Shown in pieces: positions 19,966-29,979 of a stretch of DNA of 64,000 nucleotides (the stretch's first letter is position 1; every line of letters starts with the position of its first letter). The notes below the pieces were generated by a model. The model worked only from the letters and a program-made list of their open reading frames with translations. It did no database searches and was not told where the DNA came from. Source of the stretch: Rhynchopus sp. YZ270_cl-10 (taxonomy: Eukaryota); assembly GCA_964035575.1 (NCBI GenBank), contig OZ037834.1, positions 310,001 through 374,000 on the forward strand, in the 5' to 3' direction. The position numbers and the translations under genes are program-made.

Positions 19966-22787
19966 ATGAGCGGACTCGAGGCACGTTTCATTTTTAACTA
20001 TAACGAGGCTAAAAAGACCGCGGCTCAAAATTCCGAGGCTAAAAGTAAGAAGGCTAAAAGTACCGAGCAGGAACGCGCCAGACCACGGCACATGTACCAC
20101 TTCAAATCCTCGGATGCTTGGAACCCAAACAACTTCAAAACTGATATCAAGGCTATCCTGGCTTGCAAGGAATTCACCGACCTCGTGCGACAACTGCAGT
20201 ATCCTGCTGGGGTCGAGTTGCTCTGCACGTTGCGCCAGAACAACGAGATCGACGACAACGCACCAACGGAGAAGATCGTAAGGCTGCTGCTGACAGAGTT
20301 CATAAGGAAAGACGGTGAGCTGAAGGGGAGACAGCTGCAGTGCAACACAAATGTGTTCCTCGCCCGCGCAGAGCACTGCAAGTTTTATAAGGAACTCTCT
20401 GAAGGCACATTGGTTAAGAATTCAAAGATATTCGCGAGCCTGCACCCGACCCTGAAACACCCCATCAATGCTCAAGGGTCACTGCCCGAAGAGGATGGGT
20501 TCATGCGTGTGCAATTCGAGAAAGAGTTCCAAGAAGACAGCGGCGTGGAGGGCATCGAAAGACGCGCAAAGGAAAAGTACGGCGAGAACCCCGGGCAAGA
20601 ACTCATGAGCTTTGAGGCGCGCTGGACCAAGGAGGGGAAGATCAACTTTGAATTCAAGCTGCCCCTCAGCGGGGAAAGTGTAACGAACGAGGACTTCGCA
20701 CACCTGCCGTGCCCTGTCGCGAAGGATAGGTTCAACTACGACGTACACGTGCTCCCCGTTGTGTCCACGCCAGAGCAGTTCTTCGAGGCATTCGATGATG
20801 CGCCACAGAATTGGAACACTGTCTACGTGGACGACGAGCTTCAAGGCAAACTCAATGACGCTTACCTGAAAAATAACGACGTAGTTGTCAAGGAGCGCCT
20901 CATTGTGGTGACTGTGGCGCACAAAGACCGCAAACACTTGGAAGTCACTTACACTGTGAAGGAGAGCAAGCCTGGGGATCCGACCCGCATCTTTAACCCC
21001 GTCGATGAAGCAAAAAGCCTACTGCAGCGCTCCCTTGTGTCCGGCATCAAATGCCAACGCGATCACAACCACAATATCAAGACTTGTTCATATTATCACT
21101 CGAAGGAGAAAGCCTCCGACATCATCAAGGAGGTGCGTCGCGGGCAAAAGTACATCGACGCCGACGCCAAAAATGACAAAAACCCCACCGGGTTCAAGGA
21201 CTATATGTGTCGTGGGTATTCTTGGCTGTGGGGGAACATTGACAAGAACTTTGCTGGTAAGAACTATTTCAGGACGGATGTGGCCATTGTGTTCAATAAC
21301 AACAAGAAGGAGACTGGTGAGTGGGTGGTGACACACCGAAGAGCAGCTGAAATGACAGAGAGAATCAGCACAGATGGGGAATCAGTTATGGTGTATGAGA
21401 AAAAGACGGAAACCCTGGAAGAAGGGCTGAAAAGGTCTTTGAACACAGTGCAGGGGATGTACGAACTTCTCAGCGACGACCCAGACTTGCTCGACAAACT
21501 CGACTGTAAGTACCTCACTCGGGCGACTGTCCGTTACCCCCCGCCGGTCCCTAAAGCGATACCGTACTGCCGATTCTACGGAGGAAGGCTGTCCCAGCTC
21601 TCCAACAGTCTGTCGTTTGCACTTGCCAAGACCAAAGAAGAGGCGGATAAACTGAAGGTCAGCCTTACGTCCTCGAAGTGGGGAGGTGTGAAGAGGGATA
21701 CATCAGGACACACAGCGAAGAGTTTCCTGCGAAAGCTCTGGGGAAGACGGTTGGGTGGATCTGGAGGTATCAAGGTAAGCCGTACTGTAATAACAAAGCT
21801 GCAGACTTGTTTGTGTTCTGCGACGTAGATGGGTACAGCGGCCTCTGGTTCGGAAAAAATAAGCCACCAGACAGCGTGCAGACGTGGGCTAGACAGGACC
21901 TAGTGAACGAATTCGAGGACGAACTCTCTTCCTTGAAGGAAGCCCGCCCTGCACAAGACAAATCCTCGACCGCAGGACCACCGATTTCTTCAGCGAAGGG
22001 CGCAAGCTCTGCGCAAGACATATCTTCCTCTTCACAACTTCCCCAGAAATCTTCCTCAAAGCAAGCCGGGAAAGCAGCGTACTCACCAGCCTCTGCACTA
22101 GACACATCCTCGGCCGCAGAACCACTGTTTTTTTCAGCGGATAAAAACCCGTCTCCCACTACACGAGCGGGGCAGGATGCTTCCCGGAGAGCTTCCCAGG
22201 GAGATTCCCAAAAGCGAGCCCAACGATTGGTTTCTTCAGCGAAGGGCGCAAGCTCCGCGCAAGACACATCTTCCTCTTTACAAACTCCCCAGAAATCTTC
22301 CTCAAAGCAAGCCGGGAAAGCAGCGTACTCACCAGCCTCTGCACGAGACACATCCTCGGCCGCAGGACCACTGATTTCTTCAGCGAAGGGCGCAAGCTCC
22401 GCGCAAGACGCATCTTCCCAGCAGTCTTTCCCACAGAAGCAAGCCGGAAATGCTTCATCCCCCTCTCCAGCAGCGGACTCATCAGCCTCTGCACATGCCA
22501 CATCCTTGCCAACCACTGCAGGACCAGATGATCTGAAGGTGTGCAAGGGCGTTATTAACGGCCATCTGGAAGAGCTGGAGGACGTCCTCCTATCCAAGGA
22601 GAGAGTCAACACGATGCAAAAACTACTGAATGAACCGGGTATGTCCGAGTTGAGGTGCATAGCCATGGGTCGGCAACTTATGTTGAACGAATGGGAGGAA
22701 TGCTCTCGCAGAGACTTGGTAGCTTTAATTAAAGGCACACTGTCTGATATGCGCAAACTGTGCCCCGGTACCTCGTACCTACGTTAG
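19966..22787 (+). pseudogene. Paralog 1 of an uncharacterised protein family (~940 aa if repaired), broken by a 1-nt frameshift at ~21694; pseudogene or sequencing error
   Basis: ORF 19966-21828 aligns to the 962 aa paralog up to SSKW. Homology continues in ORF 21678-22787 (GYIRTHSEEFPAKAL vs GYIRTHKAEFPAEAL). DNA gtg-aag-ag-gga-tac vs paralog gtg-acg-aag-gga-tac. Confidence 0.75.
21985..22460 (+). repeat. Internal coding repeats in paralog 1 (SSAKGASSAQD...KQAG)
   Basis: ~143 bp block at 21985-22127 repeated at 22231-22373, with a partial third copy from 22375. Confidence 0.8.
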
Positions 22788-24127
22788 TTGTGTCCTTCCC
22801 CCGCTTTTGATTTGTTTTCTTGTTTGTTTGTTTTTTTTCTATCATATTTTTTGTGTTCCTCACTCAAATACGTGTGCCGAGTGAGCCTATTCCCCTCCCC
22901 TTTTTGTTCCTGCTTTCCGAAAAAGTGGTCTGCACATTCTTAACTACCACACACTAGATATCTCGTTCGCACGTTTCTCAGGAATGAGCGATGATTTGTT
23001 TGCAGCTTCACTATTCTTTATGCATATGCCGGAATGTATGACCAACAACTCTGGTCCTTTCCTTGGGCGACTGCGCGAAATTATGTGATTTCTAATTTTC
23101 ACTTCCCAGGCACATTTTCCACCTGCGGCATATAATAATGTCGAGGAACGGTTGCAAGTCCACATACCCTCACCCCCTCTTTCGAAGCCACATCACGTAG
23201 GCATGGACATGTATAGGTCACTGTGCTTGTTCACCTCTCTCTCTCTCTGTTGTTGGTGTTGCTATAGCTTCAGCGCATTGACGTTATTCTTTTTCTTTCA
23301 AGTTTTCTTCTTCTCTATTCTTTTTTCTGTCATAACACGGGTGGTATCCGGGTTCAGATTCCAGGTAATCCCAGGAAATTTCCAGTATTTCAGATCTGGA
23401 ATTTTTCTCGAGTAAACGGGTGTACGGGAGGCTGTGGTTACTTCATTCGAGTATCCGTGAGCATCTGTGCACTGTGAGGGTGATTGTGGGAATAAATCTG
23501 AGAACCCTGGAATCAATCCTGCCCATGTTATTTATTATTTTTTGACTTTTGTTTGCCTCTTTTATGTAACCCACCATGGAGTGGCGAGGTGGCAGTAGAG
23601 CCAAAGCAAACATAGGCAGCTCACAGAGACACATGTCCATGACGAGTCTTTGTGACGTTGTGATATGTATTCGTCCACCACCCCTCGCCACTCCACTGTC
23701 TTGTATCGCATTGTTTACCCTCTATCGCCATTCATTACAAGCTCAGTGGTACAATAAATGTGCACATCTTCGGTGTCTGCACTAATGCCAGCCTCCGATT
23801 ACCACCTCTTTCAACAAAAAGGAAAAACTGTTGTGTTCACTTTGAAAATAAACAAATGTCAACCCACCCATCCCAACATCAAGGGTCCTCATATGCCCTG
23901 ATGTCGGGTAAAAAAGGGCCCTTGCCGTCTGGTACAGCATGCACACCCCTCAGCCATCCGCAGCCATTGGGACCACTCTTGGCATTTTGTGCCCTCTTAC
24001 AATCACGTCCAAATGGACTTCCTTGACGAAGCATGCTTGGGTGTTATCTCTCAGGACTCTCTCTCACTGCATGGTCTGGGGCATGTGGACCGTGTCAACA
24101 GCATCTTTTGTGTGCACCCAATGACCC
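22753..24127 (+). repeat. Segmental duplication copy 1 (partner 28405-29820)
   Basis: Both copies start gcaaactgtgccccggtacctcgtacctacgttag and end ccaatgaccc. Highly similar throughout with small indels. Confidence 0.92.
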
Positions 24128-24264
24128 AAGGTGTGGTCCTTCGGAGAGTTTTCTTGTTGTAGCACTGTCCAGGGTTACTTTTTTGTTTTTCTTGTACGTT
24201 TCTCCCACAATCCATCTCCACAGGTACAGTACTATCTTTTAGCATCACCACACAAGCAACCACA

Positions 24265-27153
24265 ATGAGCGGACTCAGGGAAAGCGTCTGGGATAAATAT
24301 GCCAAGGGGGAAGACGCCAACGGACCACGGTATATGTGCCACTATAAACCTGCGGACGCAGCGCCTGAGGACCGAAAGAACTTCGCTGATATGAAGGAGA
24401 TCCTGGACGAGGAATTTCCCAACCACGTGCGGCAACTGCGGTATTCTGCTGGGGGCGAGTTGCTCCGCATGTTCCACCGTGACAGCAAGATCCGCGACAA
24501 AATGATCAAAGGAAATATACCAACAGCCACCACGGAGAAGCTCGCAAGGCTGCGGCTGACAACGTTCAAAACGAAGAATAACGAGCTGAAGGGGAAACAG
24601 CTGCAGTGCGACACAAACGTGTACCTCACCTACGCAGAGCGCTGCAGGATTCATAAGGAGCTCTCTGAAGGCACATCGGATATCAATTTCCCAGAGATAT
24701 TCGCGAGCCTGTACCCGACCCTGATACACCCCATCGATGCTCAAGGGTTGCAGTCTGTATCCGGAGAGGATGGGTTCATGCGTGTGCAATTCAGCGACAA
24801 CTTCAACAAAGACAGCGGCGTGAACGGCATCAAAAAACGCGCTAAGAATTTTGGGGGACCAAAGCTCACGAGCTTCGAGGTGCGCTGGACCAAGGAGGGG
24901 AAGACCAACTTTGAATTCAAGCTGCCCCTCAGCAAGACATGTGTAACGAACAAGGACTTTGCACACCTGCCGTGCCCTGTCGCGAAGGATAGGTTCAACT
25001 ACGATGTCCACGTGCACTCCGTTGTGTCGACGACAGAGCAGTTCTTCAAGGCATTCGCTGATTCGCAACAGAATTGGAACACTGTCTACGTGAACGACAT
25101 CGAGCTTCTGAAAAAACTCCAGCTACCTGACCTGAGAAAGAACAACGCTTCCAGTACCTACGAGCGCTGCATTGTGGTGACTGTGACGCACAAAGACCTG
25201 AAGTACCTGGAAGTCACTTACACTGTGAAGGAGAGCAAGCCTGGGGAGGAGGACAGCATCGTAGACCCCGTGGCTAAAGCAGACGACCTACTGAAGTACT
25301 GCCTTGTGGACTCCCTCAAATGCGATCCAAGCAAAGGTGCGTGTCAAGGGCTCGAAAAGTGTGCATATTATCACGTGAAGAGGGACGCCACCACTGCCGA
25401 CATCATCAAGGACGTGCTTCGTGGGGAAAAGTGCATCGACGCCGCCGCCAAAATAGTCAACAAATCCGGTTTCAAGGACAGCATGCGTCGTGCGTATTCT
25501 CTGCTGTGGCAGAACATCGACCTGAACTTCGTTGATAAGAACGGACCCCACGCGGACCTCGAAGTAGCCGTTGTGTTCGAGAACAAAAAGAAGGAGGATC
25601 GTGGGTGGGTGGTGACACACCAAAGAGCAGCTAAAATGACCAGAACCAGCAAAGATGGGAAACGGACAGAAGTTACGGTGAAGGAGAAAGAGAAGGAAAC
25701 CCTGGAAGACGGGCTGAAGAGGTCTTTGCAAACGGTGCAGAGTATGTACGAACTCCTCAACTCATCCTTGCTCGGCAGTCTCGACTGCAAGCTCCTCACT
25801 CGGGTGACTGTCCGTTACCCCCCACCGGTTGACTCAATGAAGTACTGCCGATTCTACGGGGGATGGCTGGCCGAGCTCTCCAAAAGTCTGTTGTTTGCAC
25901 TTGCCGAGTCCGAAAAAAAGGCAGACATTGTGAAGGACCACCATACGTCCTCAAAGTGGGAAGATGTGACGAAGGGATACATCAGGACACACAAAGCAGA
26001 GTTTCCTGCGGAAGCTCTGAAGGGGAAGACGGTTGGGCTGATCTGGACTTACGGAGGTGAGACGTACTGTAATGACAAAGCTGCAGACTACTTTGTGTTC
26101 AGTGACGCAAAGGGGTTCAGCGGCCTCTGGTTCGATGGAGAAGATAAGCCAGCAGACGACGTGCGTGAGGGGACTGAGGGACTGGACAAAGTTAAGAATT
26201 TCTATGGCGAATACCCGTCCTTGGAGCCCAAGCAAGCCGCCCAGACACCCAAAACCCCGCCTTCCCAGCTAGCTTCCCGCACCCCCCCCGTACAAGCTTT
26301 GCCCTCATCTCCTCAAAAGCAAGCCATGCAAGCCGCATCTCCCCCAGAGCAAGCCGGGAACGCTTCGTCCCCCCCTCCAGCAGCGCACCCAGCAGCCCCT
26401 GCACGAGACAGACCCTCGCCAACCGCAGGACCACTGGACAGCGGTGCACTGCGTTTCTCCTCATCTCCCCAAAAGCAAGCCACGCAAGCTTCATCTTCGC
26501 CGAAGGCACCGCACAGTAGCCCCGAGCAAGCCGCATCTCCCCCTTCACACGGGCCCCACGCAAGCTCCGACCCCCCCAGCAAACGGGCTCCCCAGCTGCC
26601 TCCCTCAGAGCAAGCCGGGAATGCCTCGCCCCCCTCTCCAGCACCGCACTCAGCAGCCAGCACAAGACAGACCCTAGTCAACCACAGGACCACTGAACAG
26701 CAGTACACCGCGTTTTACCCACCATACAGCCTCGCGCCCCCTTCACACGGGCCCCACGCAAGCTACGCCCATCCCTCCCACCCGCCTTCCCAGCTGCCTC
26801 CCCCAGAGCAAGCCGTGAATGCTTCGTTCTTCCCTTCAGTAGCGTACCGACCAGCCCCACAAGACAGATCTTTGCCAACCGCAGGACCACGCAACAGCGT
26901 TGTACGGCCTCGGCACAAGATGATGATTAGCAGCTATCTGGAGGAACTGTCGGAATTCAGCCACCTCGAGAGGAGGGTCAAGGTGATGCGAGAGATACTG
27001 AATGAACCGGACCTGTCCTCTGTCGAGATGTGCGAGGACATGGATGTGGAACTTAATCTGATGAAGAGACAGAACAGCGGGAAGGAATGCCCTAGCAGCG
27101 ACCTCGTGCACGCAATTGAAGACACACTGTCCGTGATAAAGCGCGGTACGTAG
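24265..27153 (+). CDS. Uncharacterised 962 aa protein (paralog 2): globular N-terminal ~650 aa with a CCCH-like motif, P/S/A-rich linker, short helical C-terminus
   Basis: Long intact ORF with colinear similarity to paralog 1 (e.g. DFAHLPCPVAKDRFNYDVHV identical). C-x6-C-x5-C-x3-H at 25321-25374. No family recognised. Confidence 0.88.
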   Translation: MSGLRESVWDKYAKGEDANGPRYMCHYKPADAAPEDRKNFADMKEILDEEFPNHVRQLRYSAGGELLRMFHRDSKIRDKMIKGNIPTATTEKLARLRLTTFKTKNNELKGKQLQCDTNVYLTYAERCRIHKELSEGTSDINFPEIFASLYPTLIHPIDAQGLQSVSGEDGFMRVQFSDNFNKDSGVNGIKKRAKNFGGPKLTSFEVRWTKEGKTNFEFKLPLSKTCVTNKDFAHLPCPVAKDRFNYDVHVHSVVSTTEQFFKAFADSQQNWNTVYVNDIELLKKLQLPDLRKNNASSTYERCIVVTVTHKDLKYLEVTYTVKESKPGEEDSIVDPVAKADDLLKYCLVDSLKCDPSKGACQGLEKCAYYHVKRDATTADIIKDVLRGEKCIDAAAKIVNKSGFKDSMRRAYSLLWQNIDLNFVDKNGPHADLEVAVVFENKKKEDRGWVVTHQRAAKMTRTSKDGKRTEVTVKEKEKETLEDGLKRSLQTVQSMYELLNSSLLGSLDCKLLTRVTVRYPPPVDSMKYCRFYGGWLAELSKSLLFALAESEKKADIVKDHHTSSKWEDVTKGYIRTHKAEFPAEALKGKTVGLIWTYGGETYCNDKAADYFVFSDAKGFSGLWFDGEDKPADDVREGTEGLDKVKNFYGEYPSLEPKQAAQTPKTPPSQLASRTPPVQALPSSPQKQAMQAASPPEQAGNASSPPPAAHPAAPARDRPSPTAGPLDSGALRFSSSPQKQATQASSSPKAPHSSPEQAASPPSHGPHASSDPPSKRAPQLPPSEQAGNASPPSPAPHSAASTRQTLVNHRTTEQQYTAFYPPYSLAPPSHGPHASYAHPSHPPSQLPPPEQAVNASFFPSVAYRPAPQDRSLPTAGPRNSVVRPRHKMMISSYLEELSEFSHLERRVKVMREILNEPDLSSVEMCEDMDVELNLMKRQNSGKECPSSDLVHAIEDTLSVIKRGT

Positions 27154-28404
27154 ACACCTAGGCCCCGCCCTGCTCTGGTTTTGTTACATCGATCGAGGGA
27201 CGTGCTGTGTCCTACCTGATGATGCATATCATAATATAGTATTATACAACGGGCGGAGGGGGTGGGGGAGAAAAACTGAAGGAAAAAACGTCCCGCCAGT
27301 CCAGATCCTTATTCTCGCCCTTTTTCGCTAAAACCAGATGCCCCCTCATTTTTTTTGACATTTTTTAAACCTGTATTTTTAAGCGTTTTTATTTTTGTAC
27401 ATCCTTTCGTGTCTGTAAAATGGACAATGAATGATTAAACTAGTTTTAATCATTGCTTGGGTGGCGAACTACTAAGTCCAGAATATTCAGCACACGTTTT
27501 TCTCCTTTTTTCTTTCTTTTTTTCTGTGTTTGCTTGAAGTTTTCTGTCTGATACACAAACAGGATGTGACTGGTATTTGTTTGGATTGGTGGCAATTTAC
27601 GGAATACTTTCCGTATATACGGCAGCCATCAAGACGAAGACTCTTTAGGTTACCCCTCCCCCTGGTGAGGGGAAATGTTTATTTATAAAAAAACACCCCT
27701 GGTGAGCAGACAGGACATATCCTGTAAGGACAAAGGAAAAGGGGGGGAGAAAACTTTTAGTAAACACGTAGTATTTGACAAAATGCCCGAGACCCTCGTG
27801 AAAAGTCGCGCGTTCTGCGTATCCACCTGCCCCGCTTGTTTTCCCTCCTCTCTGTTCCCCTTTGTGCTCCACAACATTTTCTGTACTTCAGGCAAACACA
27901 TTCAAACCGTAAATCTGCGTATTTACCGTTATCAAGTCGAGGGGAAAAAAAAAAAAAAAATAGAAATAAAGTCCACACCCACGAGGCGAGCGTTTTGGCA
28001 GGCGCTTGTAAGGACAGCCAAAAGACTTGATTCTGAAACAGAAGTGGTGTGGAAGCGAACAACAAACAACCTCAATTTTTCCTCTCCCCGTTTTCAGTAT
28101 CGAGTCTCTCGAGCATTTTTTAATTTTGTGTGTGCACGTTTAGGAAGGCAACTAACTTCCCCTTTAGCCCGCCGACTTCATTTTCTTGGAACTTCCAAGA
28201 CTGTACATGCGCTGTTAAAAGGAAGGGTAAATGCGTTTCAAAAAAGAAAAAAAGTTATAGTGGAGTTCATCCTCGGGTGTCTACACTAATACAACCAAGT
28301 TTTCAAAAAAAGAAAAAAAGAGCAACATTATCGAAATGAGCCCACATCCTTGTTCTCGCCTTTTTCCTCGCATTCTTCTTTGCACGCCCTTTTTATGTTG
28401 TGCT

Positions 28405-29820
28405 GCAAACTGTGCCCCGGTACCTCGTACCTACGTTAGTTGTGCCCTTCCCCCGCTTTTGATTTGTTTTCTTGTTTGTTTGTTTTTTTCTATCATATTT
28501 TTTGTGTTCCTCACTCAAATACGTGTGCCGAGTGAGCCTATTCCCCTCCCCTTTTTGTTCCCCTGCTTCTGAAAAACCAAGAAAGCAGTTCAGTGTTTGG
28601 ACTGGATGGAATGTGCACACCTGTGGTCTGCACATTCTCGTTCGCACGTTTCTAAGGAATGAGCGATCTGATGATTTGTTTGCAGCTTCACTATTCTTTT
28701 CTGATGCATATGCCGGAATGTATCGGTAACCAACAACTCTGGTCCTTTCCTTGGGCGACTGCGCGAAATTATGTGATTTCTAATTTTCACTTCCCAGGCA
28801 CATTTTCCACCTGCGGCATATAATAATATCGAGGAACGGTTGCAAGTCCACATACCCTCACCCCCTCTTTCGAAGCCACATCACGTAGGCATGGACATGT
28901 ATAGGTCACTGTGCTTGTTCACCTCTCTCTCTCTCTCTGTTGTTGGTGTTGCTATAGCTTCAGCGCATTGTCGTTATTCTTTTTCTTTCAAGTTTTCTTC
29001 TTCTCTATTATTTACTCTATATCATAACATGGGTGGTTTCCGGTTCAGATTCCAGGTAATTCTGGATTTCGGCGGTGATTTTTTGAAGTGAACATGTGTA
29101 CGGGAGGCTGTGGTTACTTCATTCGAGTATCCGTGAGCATCCGTGCACTGCGAGGGTGATTGTGGGAATGAATCTGAGAACCCTGGAATCAATCCTGCCC
29201 ATGTTATTTAAAAATAAATTATTTTTTTGATTTTTGTTTGCCTCTTTTATGTAACCCACCATGGAGTGGCGAGGTGGCAGTAGAGCCAAAGCAAACATAT
29301 GCACCTCACAGAGACACATGTCCATGACGGGTCTTTGTGATGTTGTGATATGTATCGTCCACCACCCCTCGCCACTCCACTGTCTTGTATCGCATTGTTT
29401 ACCCTCTATCGCCATTCATTACAAGCTCATTGGTACAATGTGCACATCTTCGGGTGTCTGCACTAATGCCAGCCTCCGATTACCACCTCTTTTCAACAAA
29501 AAGGAAAAAAATGTTGTGTTCACTTTGAAAATAAGCAAATGTCAACCCACCCATCCCAACATCAAGGGTCCTCATATGCCCCGATGTCGGGTAAAGGGAA
29601 CTAAAGAAGGCCCTTGCCATCCTGGTACAGCATGCACACCCCTCAGCCATCCGCAGCCATTGGGACCACTCTTGGCATTTTGTGCCCTCTTACAATCACG
29701 TCCAAATGGACTTCCTTGACGAAGCATGCTTGGGTGTTATCTCTCAGGACTCTCTCTCTCACATGGTCTGGGGCATGTGGACCATGTCAACATGCATCCA
29801 TAGTGTGTACCCAATGACCC
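28405..29820 (+). repeat. Segmental duplication copy 2, upstream of the giant ORF
   Basis: Direct repeat of 22753-24127, including the last codons and stop of paralog 1. Confidence 0.92.
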
Positions 29821-29979
29821 TCCACCACTCCCCCCTGTCCTCACCCCTATCCCCACACCCCTCCTCACACAAAACAGAAAATTATCCTTCCCATTCTCCC
29901 CCAAAAAACCCCTGTTACTGGGTCTTTTTCTTAAAAACCCCCTCTTTTTTTTTTTCTTTCCAAAAAACCTATTACCAAG

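Noticed and set aside
21770..22756. 328 aa minus-strand ORF
   Set aside because: Antisense of the low-complexity C-terminal half of paralog 1.
27675..28289. 204 aa ORF
   Set aside because: Crosses a poly-A run, a dispersed repeat and a family A hairpin; likely spurious.
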